A DNA stretch of 32,000 bases from Candidatus Velamenicoccus archaeovorus (lineage in GTDB: Bacteria > Omnitrophota > Gorgyraeia > Velamenicoccales > Velamenicoccaceae), in contig NZ_CP019384.1 in NCBI RefSeq assembly GCF_004102945.1, positions 1,380,001-1,412,000 on the forward strand. The letters are read 5' to 3'. The position numbers and the translations under genes were made by a program. The notes under the pieces were generated by a model, which was not told the origin of the DNA, did no database searches, and saw only the letters and a list, made by a program, of their open reading frames with translations. Shown in pieces: positions 21,642 to 29,512 of this stretch (positions within the stretch are counted from its first letter, which is position 1; every line of letters starts with the position of its first letter).

Positions 21642-22925
21642 TTAAAATTTAAACCTTTTTACCGTAACATACGTGACGGTAAAAATCCCCGCCTCTATCA
21701 GGATCGTCGATAAGGCGGCGCCGATATAAGAAAAGGAATATATCAAAAGGAACATGAGCGGCAGGCCTATCATGGCCATGACCACGTGTATCCTTGAATA
21801 GATATGCGTCTTGCCGCACACCAAAAGAAACTGGACGCGGAAGGCATTTGCGCTTATAAAAAATACGGCAATAAGCAGCATCCTGAATGAGAATACCGAC
21901 GCATGATAATCTCCGCCGCAGACTATCCTCACGAAAAAATGCGCGAATATAAATATCAAAGGCAACGTTATCAAAGAGATATTGATGGTTATCTGCTGCA
22001 CGTGCCACATTATCTCATACGCCTTTCTTTTGTTCCGGTTGAATATCTTGCTTAAACGTGGAAAAAGCGCCTGAGAAAAGGAAGACAGCGGAAATGTCTG
22101 AACAAAATTGGCCATCTTCTCGGCGATGGAATAGAACCCTGTGATCGTGTTATTTGTGAGAAGACCGATACAAAAAATACGCGTCGTCGTGTAGGCATTT
22201 ATCGCTACGTTGGAAATAAAGATGTCCCACCCTGCCTTCATCTGTTGCCGAAAATTTGCATATTTCGGAAAATGGAACGACACGCCGAAATGCCTGAAAA
22301 CCCTATATTGTCCAAGTATGCCTGTCGCCAGAAATACTGCGGAATTAATAAGCGGGACCATAAGATAGTCCTGCGGTTCGGCTACGAACGAGAATATGAG
22401 AGCGGTGTATAATATGCCGCCGAGTATATTCAAATCAGCGATGTGCTTCATTCTTTCCGTGCCCTGGAAGAACCATAGGGGGAAAAGCGTGCTGCCGGCT
22501 ACGGTGCCGAAACTGAACACGTAGACCATCCAGTCGCTTCTGAACTTGGGAACGGCGAATACGATGCCTGTCATCAACAACAAGCTTAAAAAGGCCAGGG
22601 CTATCTTCGCCGTCATCACAGACGAGAAAACCGAACATATCTTTGCGTGCTCGTCGTGGCAGAGCGAGATCTCTTTCGTGGCCGAGATGCTGAACCCGTA
22701 ATCCGTCAAGATCATGAAGTACTGGACAAAGGCCTGCGCAAAAGAAATCAAGCCGAACTTTGCCGGCCCTATGGCCCTAAAAAGGTAGGGAAAAATAATG
22801 ACGGGCAAAAGATATGTCACGGCCTGGAGGACGGATAAGGAAGTAAAATTTCTCATGACCAGCATGAATTCTTCCGGATCCACCAATTTAGCCGCCTTCT
22901 TGATCATCCTTATTATGAAAAGCAT
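21642..22925 (-). CDS. Wzx/MOP-family oligosaccharide flippase
   Basis: 427 aa with ~12 TM segments. The N-terminal pattern (NFTSLSVLQAVTYLLPVIIFPYLFRAIGPAKFGLISFAQAF) is typical of polysaccharide-biosynthesis flippases. The gene is AT-rich. Confidence 0.75.
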   Translation of the reverse strand: MLFIIRMIKKAAKLVDPEEFMLVMRNFTSLSVLQAVTYLLPVIIFPYLFRAIGPAKFGLISFAQAFVQYFMILTDYGFSISATKEISLCHDEHAKICSVFSSVMTAKIALAFLSLLLMTGIVFAVPKFRSDWMVYVFSFGTVAGSTLFPLWFFQGTERMKHIADLNILGGILYTALIFSFVAEPQDYLMVPLINSAVFLATGILGQYRVFRHFGVSFHFPKYANFRQQMKAGWDIFISNVAINAYTTTRIFCIGLLTNNTITGFYSIAEKMANFVQTFPLSSFSQALFPRLSKIFNRNKRKAYEIMWHVQQITINISLITLPLIFIFAHFFVRIVCGGDYHASVFSFRMLLIAVFFISANAFRVQFLLVCGKTHIYSRIHVVMAMIGLPLMFLLIYSFSYIGAALSTILIEAGIFTVTYVTVKRFKF

Positions 22926-22983
22926 AGGTCTAACCTACCACCCTTGACCAGCGGTGGTCAACATATTGTGATATAATCTTGCC

Positions 22984-24201
22984 ATGATCAAATTTCCCGA
23001 GAACTTCTTATGGGGCGCTGCGGCATCGGCCTATCAGGTCGAGGGCGACAATATACATTCCGACTGGTGGCAATGGGAAAAAGATGCCGGCAAAGAAAAT
23101 TCCGGACATGCCTGCCGCCACTATGAATTTTATGAAAGGGATTTCGACCTAGCAAAAAGCCTCGGACACAATGCCCACCGCTTCTCTATAGAATGGGGCC
23201 GCATCGAACCCAGGCGCTCGGAATTCTCGGAAGAAGCATTGCAGCATTATATCGACGTCGCGCTTTCTTTAAGGGCGCGCAATATCGAGCCGATTGCGAC
23301 ACTTCACCATTTTACCAACCCCATATGGTTTGCTGATTTAGGAGGATGGGAAGACAAGCGGTCTGTCGAGCTCTTCCTGCGATATTGCGAAGTCGTCGTG
23401 CGCGCCTTGGCCGATAGCGTGCATTATTGGATCACCATCAATGAACCTACGATATATGCATCCCACGCCTATATTTTTGGCGCATGGCCGCCGCAGGTAA
23501 AGTCAACCTTGAGGGCCAAAAGAGTTTACGACAACCTCTCGCTTGCGCATATCAAGGCCTACCAGCTTATACATAAAATATATAAAAAATCTGGGCACGC
23601 AGATCCGGCCGTGGGCATCTCGCAATATACGCAGGCATTTGTACCGTGTAAGCTGGACTTAAAAAACAGGTTTGCGGCATACCTGAGAGACAGAATATTC
23701 AATTTTAACTTTCTTGACAGGCTGGCAAAGCATAGAGCCATGGATTTTATAGGGGTCAATTATTATTTACGCCAATTAGTGGAGATTAAAAGACCGGGTG
23801 TCCATAACCTTTTTATGGACACCTGCGAGAACAACCATTATCCAGTCAAAAAAAATTCCCTCGGCTGGGATATTTACCCGAAGGGATTGGCGGACATTTT
23901 GCTAAAGCTGAAAAGATACCGCCTCCCTGTGATGATCACGGAAAACGGCATATGCACGCAGGACGATGGGCTGCGCTGGGAATTCATACATTCTCATCTG
24001 GAAAGCGTGCACCAAGCCATGAAAAAAGGTGCGCCTGTCATCGGCTATCTTTACTGGTCGCTTATGGATAATTTTGAATGGGATAAAGGTTTTGCGCCCC
24101 GCTTCGGATTGGTCGAGATAGACTACAATTCATCCAAAAGAACTGTCAGGGAAAGCGCAAAAAAACTCGCCGAGGTTTATAAGACGGGCATCTTAAAGTA
24201 A
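22984..24201 (+). CDS. Glycoside hydrolase family 1 beta-glucosidase
   Basis: FLWGAAASAYQVEGD, TLHHFTNP, ITINEP (acid/base Glu) and ITENG (nucleophile Glu). Confidence 0.9.
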   Translation: MIKFPENFLWGAAASAYQVEGDNIHSDWWQWEKDAGKENSGHACRHYEFYERDFDLAKSLGHNAHRFSIEWGRIEPRRSEFSEEALQHYIDVALSLRARNIEPIATLHHFTNPIWFADLGGWEDKRSVELFLRYCEVVVRALADSVHYWITINEPTIYASHAYIFGAWPPQVKSTLRAKRVYDNLSLAHIKAYQLIHKIYKKSGHADPAVGISQYTQAFVPCKLDLKNRFAAYLRDRIFNFNFLDRLAKHRAMDFIGVNYYLRQLVEIKRPGVHNLFMDTCENNHYPVKKNSLGWDIYPKGLADILLKLKRYRLPVMITENGICTQDDGLRWEFIHSHLESVHQAMKKGAPVIGYLYWSLMDNFEWDKGFAPRFGLVEIDYNSSKRTVRESAKKLAEVYKTGILK

Positions 24202-24227
24202 GTCCTGTCGGAGCTAAAAAGCCGGCT

Positions 24228-24830
24228 TTATATCTCCCGGCGCCCTTCCATGGCCCGCGCCAGGGTCGCGGGATCCGCGTATTCCAGGTTGGAACCCACG
24301 GGCAGGCCGATGCCGATGCGCATCACCTTGACGCCCAGGGGCCGCAGGAGTTTCGTCAGAAAGATAGCGGTGGCCTCGCCTTCCGTGTCGGAATCCGTGG
24401 CGATAACGACTTCACGCACCTCTCCTTTTTTGACGCGCGCGATCAGGCCGTCCACTTTAAGGTCGTGCGGCCCCCGGCCTTCCAAAGGAGAAATCGCGCC
24501 CAAGAGCACGTGATACGTGCCATGGAAATTCGCGCTGCGCTCGATGTTCTCGACGTCCTTGGGGCTTTCGACGACGCAGACGATCGTCTGGTCGCGCCTC
24601 AAGTCGCCGCAGATACTGCAGACGTCCGTCTCGCTGAAATTATTGCAGACGCTGCAAAACCGCACGCTCTCCTTGACCTTCGTGATCGCCTCAGTCAGGA
24701 GCGTCACATCTTCTTTGGAGGTGTCCAGCATGTGATAGACAATCCTCTGGGCGCTGCGGCGGCCGATACCCGGTAGTTTCATCAACTCTTCGATCAGCTT
24801 CTCTATCGTCGCAAGACTGTATCCGGCCAT
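24228..24830 (-). CDS. recR: Recombination protein RecR
   Basis: LIEELMKLPGIGRRSAQRI (HhH), a CSVCNNFSETDVCSIC zinc finger, and a Toprim domain. Confidence 0.95.
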   Translation of the reverse strand: MAGYSLATIEKLIEELMKLPGIGRRSAQRIVYHMLDTSKEDVTLLTEAITKVKESVRFCSVCNNFSETDVCSICGDLRRDQTIVCVVESPKDVENIERSANFHGTYHVLLGAISPLEGRGPHDLKVDGLIARVKKGEVREVVIATDSDTEGEATAIFLTKLLRPLGVKVMRIGIGLPVGSNLEYADPATLARAMEGRREI

Positions 24831-24832
24831 GG

Positions 24833-26497
24833 CTATTTTCCGACCACCTTCCCTTTAAAAAGGTCCATCGCCGATTTGAAAAACGGCGTCTCTTCAAAAT
24901 GCGCTTCCTCTTTGGCCGCAGGCGCCAACCCCTGCACGATATCCAGCTTCAAACGCAGGCGCGCGCCGCAGACGCTCGCAATCGCTTCTTCGAGGACCTT
25001 CAGATTATCTTTATGCTCCAGGGTCTCCTTGAAAAATACGGCGGTCCTGGGAAAGCCTATCGTCAACAAGCCGTCCTCGCACCGCACAGGCGAGGCTTCG
25101 CGCAGATATGTCGAAACCGACATCTTGACTCCCGCCAAGTGGCGGATCAACCTATCCCAGCTGTTCTGCACGTCCTGCAGGGAGCAGGATTTTTCGGAGG
25201 AGACTTCGCCGGCTTCCATGGAAGATGACTGCAGGTGAAGACCGACGGATTTCTCTGGCGGGACGAATGAACTCAAACGGTTATCCGCCGAACCCCTCTC
25301 TTCCCTCAAAACAGAAAGAGGCTTTTTGACGGGCGGGGCTGCGGCCTTGACGACAGACGGGCCGGCATTCTCTTTGACCGGCCGCGGCAAAGGCTGCTCT
25401 TTTTTGGCGCTGCCGCCGGCCAGCTTGACGGCCAGTATTTCCAGCGGGATGCGCGTGGTGCTTAGCTTTCTCGACATCTCCTGCGCCGCAAAGATCTGGT
25501 TGATGGCCACCATGATGTCTGCCAACTCCATGCGCTGCGCCTGGGAAGAGATCTGCGCGATCAGCTCCGCGGGCAGATCCACGAGCTCCTCGCGGCCTTC
25601 CTTCATGATCTTGGCGACCATCAGGTTCCTGTAATGCTCCAGGAGGCCATCAAGAAAATAATTCATGTCTTTGCCTTTGGCGCTGATCTCCGCGATCAGG
25701 CGTAGCGCCGTCGGCGCGTCGCCGGCGCGGCAGGCATCCACAAATTTCAAAAAGACGTCCTCTTCGATGATGCCCAAGATCGAAATAACATCCTCAAGCT
25801 TGATGTCCTTCTGCGAAAAGGCGATCAACTGATCGAGGATGGATTCGGCATCGCGCATGCAGCCGTTGGCCGCCTTGGCGATGGCCAAAAAGACGTCTTC
25901 GCCGATGGGAAGCTTTTCATCGGCGGCGATCTCCTTGAGTTTTTCGATGACCTTGAGGTTCGGGATGCGGACGAAATCGAACCGCTGGCAGCGCGACAGG
26001 ATCGTCGGCAATACTTTCTGGGGCTGGGTCGTGGCAAAAATGAACGTGACGAAAGACGGCGGCTCTTCAAGCGTCTTCAAGAGCGCGTTGAAGGCCTCCG
26101 GGGTCAGCATGTGGACTTCATCGATGATATAGACCTTGAACTTGCCGTTCAAGGGCGCAAATTTGACGTTCTCGCGCAGGGACCGGATCTCGTCGATGCC
26201 GCGGTTGGACGCGCCGTCGATCTCGATGACGTCCAGGCTGCGGCCCTCGGCGATCTCTTGGCAGGCCGGGCAAACCCCGCAAGGATGCTGGGTCGGCCCT
26301 TGCTGGCAATTTAAAGCCTTGGCTAAAATGCGCGCGCACGAGGTCTTTCCGACGCCCTGCGGCCCGGAGAAGAGATACGCGTGCGCCAGTTTGTTGGATT
26401 GGATGGCGCTCTTGAGGGTTTTGGTGATATGGTCCTGGCCGATGACTTCGTCAAAATTTTTCGGCCGCCACTTCCTGGCAAAAACGAGGTAAGACAT
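24833..26497 (-). CDS. dnaX: DNA polymerase III subunit gamma/tau
   Basis: ARKWRPKNFDEVIGQ, GPQGVGKTS (Walker A), a CGVCPAC zinc module, and VYIIDEVHML. Confidence 0.95.
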   Translation of the reverse strand: MSYLVFARKWRPKNFDEVIGQDHITKTLKSAIQSNKLAHAYLFSGPQGVGKTSCARILAKALNCQQGPTQHPCGVCPACQEIAEGRSLDVIEIDGASNRGIDEIRSLRENVKFAPLNGKFKVYIIDEVHMLTPEAFNALLKTLEEPPSFVTFIFATTQPQKVLPTILSRCQRFDFVRIPNLKVIEKLKEIAADEKLPIGEDVFLAIAKAANGCMRDAESILDQLIAFSQKDIKLEDVISILGIIEEDVFLKFVDACRAGDAPTALRLIAEISAKGKDMNYFLDGLLEHYRNLMVAKIMKEGREELVDLPAELIAQISSQAQRMELADIMVAINQIFAAQEMSRKLSTTRIPLEILAVKLAGGSAKKEQPLPRPVKENAGPSVVKAAAPPVKKPLSVLREERGSADNRLSSFVPPEKSVGLHLQSSSMEAGEVSSEKSCSLQDVQNSWDRLIRHLAGVKMSVSTYLREASPVRCEDGLLTIGFPRTAVFFKETLEHKDNLKVLEEAIASVCGARLRLKLDIVQGLAPAAKEEAHFEETPFFKSAMDLFKGKVVGK

Positions 26498-26554
26498 CTT
26501 TTATGTGCATCCTAAAAGAGGAAGAGATCCGCGTCAAAAGTATTTCCAGTGTTC

Positions 26555-26582
26555 ATTATACAGGATTCCGAAGATTTTTCAA
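26555..26582 (-). promoter_or_regulatory. Candidate dnaX promoter
   Basis: Minus strand reads TTGAAA (26582-26577), a 16-nt spacer, then TATAAT (26560-26555). Confidence 0.45.
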
Positions 26583-26734
26583 GAAACGCTTCTCTCCTGC
26601 CAGGCGATTCTCAGGAAAAATCAGCAGAAAAAACAGCCGTAACGCAGAAAAATCAACAAACAACCCCTTGAAGCTTGCGCTACCTGCCTCGATGATGCAT
26701 GCCCTTCCCTGAAAACAACCATAAGGCCATAACC

Positions 26735-26877
26735 TTGAAACAGTTACATTTATAAGGTATATTTTTATTAAAGGAAAAACGGGAGGCAGCTGGGCCATTC
26801 GTGAGGATGGGTCGTAAAAGAAATTGTTGATCGTTTTTCGCAATAACCTATTCTACGGTGAAGAATAGGTTTTTTTA
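26735..26877 (+). ncRNA. Candidate ~110-nt small RNA or terminator-containing leader upstream of the receiver gene
   Basis: TTGAAA (26735-26740), a 17-nt spacer, then TATATT (26758-26763). A terminator follows: CCTATTCT-acggtga-AGAATAGG plus T7 (26847-26876). There is no ORF inside. Confidence 0.35.
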
Positions 26878-26907
26878 TTATGCGTATAAACGAAACAAGG
26901 GAGGGGT

Positions 26908-27303
26908 ATGTTTTCCGGCGGCAAGGTGGTCCTCATTGTCGATGACGATCCGGGCATTGTCCAGGCGCTCAGAGCCATCCTGGAACGGCACGGCTGCCGG
27001 ACCTGCATTGCCATGGACGGCAAAGAAGCGCTGGAAAGGATCGACGAGAGGAAACCCGATCTGATCATCCTCGACCTCTGGCTTCCCGAGGTTCCCGGCG
27101 AAATAGTCTGCAAGATCATCAGAAAAAACGAAAAATTCAAGAACATCCCCATCATCATGGTAACGGCGAAATGTTCGGATGTAGACCGCGTCATCGGCCG
27201 CGTGATAGGCGCCGATCGCTATGTGAACAAACCGGTTGATGCGATGGCGCTCTTGAAGATCGTTCAGGACACCCTCAACAGCCGCAGCGGCATCCACCAT
27301 TGA
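26908..27303 (+). CDS. Single-domain response regulator (CheY-like receiver)
   Basis: VVLIVDDDPG ... DLIILDLWLP (phospho-acceptor Asp) ... IPIIMVTAK. A GGGAGGGG SD is present. Confidence 0.9.
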   Translation: MFSGGKVVLIVDDDPGIVQALRAILERHGCRTCIAMDGKEALERIDERKPDLIILDLWLPEVPGEIVCKIIRKNEKFKNIPIIMVTAKCSDVDRVIGRVIGADRYVNKPVDAMALLKIVQDTLNSRSGIHH

Positions 27304-27517
27304 CTTCGCCTGAGACCGCCAGAGATACCACCGTCTTATGACCATCCTTTTTTCTAAAAAAATCAAAGCGCCTGATGATTCCCGTTGTCCATAAATACGT
27401 GATGAGCGCGACCAGGGCGATCAGAAAAAACAAACACCCCACGCGCACGGCGTACTTCAAGACGACGAGAAAAATAACGATGAGCGCAATGATCGCTATG
27501 ATCCTGGCAAAGTCCAA
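27275..27517 (-). CDS. Possible small membrane protein (80 aa, TTG start)
   Basis: An AGGAG SD lies 5 nt before the TTG at 27517. Two hydrophobic helices (IIAIIALIVIFLVVL, LFFLIALVALITYLW). It overlaps the receiver gene's 3' end by 29 nt. The longer track ORF (to 27787) is R/P-rich and runs up to the tRNA-Ser 3' end at 27790. Confidence 0.3.
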   Translation of the reverse strand: MDFARIIAIIALIVIFLVVLKYAVRVGCLFFLIALVALITYLWTTGIIRRFDFFRKKDGHKTVVSLAVSGEVNGGCRCGC

Positions 27518-27787
27518 GGAAACTCCTATAAATGAGGAACGGCAGGATTCAAGCAGCGGCTTTCCGACGTTCGCCGGAAGAAGAACATCGGAACATCCAT
27601 GAAAAGCAACGCCGGAGCCCCTGGCTCCGGCATCCCTGTCTGCCTTGACTGAAAGGGACGGCAGGCGAGCTTTTCGCCGCCTCGGCCTCGACCTTGGCCG
27701 TAGGCCAGGGCGGGAAAAAACATACACTAAGGTACGGCGCCGGAGCCAGAGGCTCTGGCATCCGCCTTTTGTCGCGAAGGGCGACAA

Positions 27788-27878
<91 letters not shown>

Positions 27879-27909
27879 GTTTAATTGCACATCCCGAAAG
27901 TTTTCCAAG

Positions 27910-28338
27910 TCAATATAAAAAACTTCTAATCAAAGCATCAAGCTTCTGAAAAGCTTCCTTGCTATGGTAACGCAACTTAAAAGTGCCGTTTGGATTCGGC
28001 CTGTATTTACTATTCTTTGCTTGAAATACAATCGTTTTATTAAAATTTCCCAAAGGAATGCCGCTTATTCGCGACCACTTTTTCTCTAGCTTTATTTTAT
28101 GAATATCGTTGTATATAAAAAGCTGTCCCTTTAATCGGACCCTGTCAATCTTGATAATTTTGTTTAAAAATTCTGCGAACAGACTGATAATTTTAAAATT
28201 ACTGTTTGTAAATTCAATAGCCCAATAGTAAACATTTTTTCTTCTCTTATCCTTGCGTAATTGGGTTCCCTCGCAACAATATAATATGGCTCCGATAATA
28301 GACAACTCTCTTTTGCTGAACTTACGCTTAATATTCAT
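27910..28338 (-). CDS. AT-rich ORF, possibly a single-motif LAGLIDADG-type homing endonuclease
   Basis: 142 aa. ELSIIGAILYCCEGT occupies the position of the LAGLIDADG helix plus acidic residue. A later GTFKLRYHSKEAFQKL pattern is also present. It is strikingly AT-rich compared with its neighbours. Confidence 0.4.
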   Translation of the reverse strand: MNIKRKFSKRELSIIGAILYCCEGTQLRKDKRRKNVYYWAIEFTNSNFKIISLFAEFLNKIIKIDRVRLKGQLFIYNDIHKIKLEKKWSRISGIPLGNFNKTIVFQAKNSKYRPNPNGTFKLRYHSKEAFQKLDALIRSFLY

Positions 28339-28355
28339 CCCCCCATTTTACGATA

Positions 28356-28817
28356 TTAATTATTCTTCGCTCTCTGCTTCCTAAAAAAATCCTGCAGCAA
28401 ACCGGCGCATTCCTGCTCCAGGACCCCTCTCTTCACTCTGATCCGGTGGTTCAATTTTGCGTGATGGAGGATATTAAGGACCGAGCCGCCGGCGCCGGTC
28501 TTTGGGTCCGATGCGCCGAAAACAACGCGGTCGATACGTGAAAGGACAAGGGCCCCGGCACACATGCTGCATGGCTCTATCGTCACATAAAGGGCGCAAT
28601 CTTTCAACCATTTAGCACCCAGATGATTGGTGGCCTGCGTCACGGCGATCATCTCTGCATGGGCTGTCGGATCCTTCAAAAGCTCCACCTGGTTCCACCC
28701 CCGGCCGATGATATGATTTTTGTGAACGACGATGGCCCCGACAGGGACATCCTCTGAATCGGCCGCTTTGTCCGCTTCCTTCAAGGCATACCTCATGAAA
28801 TATTCATCGGAGAACAT
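28356..28817 (-). CDS. tadA: tRNA-specific adenosine deaminase TadA
   Basis: HAEMIAV (His-Ala-Glu) and PCSMCAGAL (PCxxC) deaminase motifs. The start is chosen at the ATG giving MFSDEYFMRYALKEA; 28862 and 28796 are alternatives. Confidence 0.9.
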   Translation of the reverse strand: MFSDEYFMRYALKEADKAADSEDVPVGAIVVHKNHIIGRGWNQVELLKDPTAHAEMIAVTQATNHLGAKWLKDCALYVTIEPCSMCAGALVLSRIDRVVFGASDPKTGAGGSVLNILHHAKLNHRIRVKRGVLEQECAGLLQDFFRKQRAKNN

Positions 28818-28942
28818 GGAATAAAAAGGAAGGTTAAGAAGCCGAAACCGCCCCTGCTTCAACCGCGATATTGATCCTTCGCAAAATTATGGAAAACAAA
28901 CCTCGGTTTGCTCAAGACAAATCTTTGCTGCGCAAAAATTTA

Positions 28943-29220
28943 GTGCGCCCAAGAGGATTTGAGTCTCGCTTCGGCCTTCGGCCGGTCTCGACACCGGGCC
29001 GCTCACCTTCTCGCGGCCCCGCTAAACGGTCGGACTTACTCGTCCGACCAGCGGCCTCCGGTTCAAATCCTCTTGAAAAAAGTGCGCCCAAGAGGATTTG
29101 AGTCTCGCTTCGGCCTTCGGCCGGTCTCGACACCGGGCCGCTCACCTTCTCGCGGCCCCGCTAAACGGTCGGACTTACTCGTCCGACCAGCGGCCTCCGG
29201 TTCAAATCCTCTTGAAAAAA
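28943..29220 (-). repeat. Two identical 139-bp tandem units carrying the tRNA-Arg 3' end and its inverted copy
   Basis: Units 28943-29081 and 29082-29220 are identical by eye. Each starts (plus strand) with gtgcgcccaagaggatttga, the same 20 nt as 29221-29240 at the tRNA-Arg 3' end. Each ends with ggttcaaatcctcttg plus A6. Confidence 0.9.
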
Positions 29221-29221
29221 G

Positions 29222-29295
29222 TGCGCCCAAGAGGATTTGAACCTCTAACACCTAGCTCCGTAGGCTAGTGCTCTATCCAGTTGAGCTATGGGCGC
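29222..29295 (-). tRNA. tRNA-Arg(ACG)
   Basis: GCGCCCA-TA-GCTC-AACTGGATA-GAGC-A-CTAGC-CTACGGA-GCTAG-GTGTT-AGAGG-TTCAAAT-CCTCT-TGGGCGC-A. 74 nt, with no encoded CCA; it is followed by CTTTTTT. Confidence 0.9.
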
Positions 29296-29304
29296 AGGGT
29301 TACT

Positions 29305-29333
29305 ATTTTAATATCCACAAGCTTTTCTGACAA
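29305..29333 (-). promoter_or_regulatory. Candidate tRNA-Arg promoter
   Basis: Minus strand reads TTGTCA (29333-29328), a 17-nt spacer, then TAAAAT (29310-29305), 9 nt before the tRNA 5' end. Confidence 0.4.
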
Positions 29334-29512
29334 GCGTAATTTAAGTGACGCTCCTACGGCAGAGGCTGACGACTTTTTTGCCTGCGGAACTCCGACGATC
29401 CTTCGGATGCCGGCACTCCGATCCAGAAGGCCCTGACAGAAGCCGAGAACCTTCTGGCGTCGGAGTAATTATTATCTTGCATTTAGCGCAGAAATAAGGT
29501 ACCTTTCTATCT

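Noticed and set aside
26498-26760. SRP (4.5S) RNA, often found upstream of dnaX
   Set aside because: I could find neither the conserved GGAA-tetraloop/AGCAGCC-type helix-8 motif nor a long symmetric hairpin on either strand. Only a superficial CAGGGAAGGGCATGC resemblance is present.
26770-26846. Known riboswitch class in the receiver-gene leader
   Set aside because: I could not recognise the consensus features I remember for c-di-GMP-I/II, ZTP, fluoride, preQ1 or SAM classes. It is reported only as an unclassified sRNA or leader candidate.
27518-27787. Upstream two-thirds of the 170-aa minus-strand ORF
   Set aside because: It is R/P/S/G-rich, begins only 3 nt from the tRNA-Ser 3' end (27790), and lacks an SD. 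Only the distal TTG-initiated hydrophobic part is kept, at low confidence.
28871-29251. Four ORFs of 62-93 aa on both strands (e.g. 28959-29240)
   Set aside because: They lie wholly within the two identical 139-bp tandem repeats and the tRNA-Arg gene. The repeated peptide sequences are an artefact of translating the repeat.
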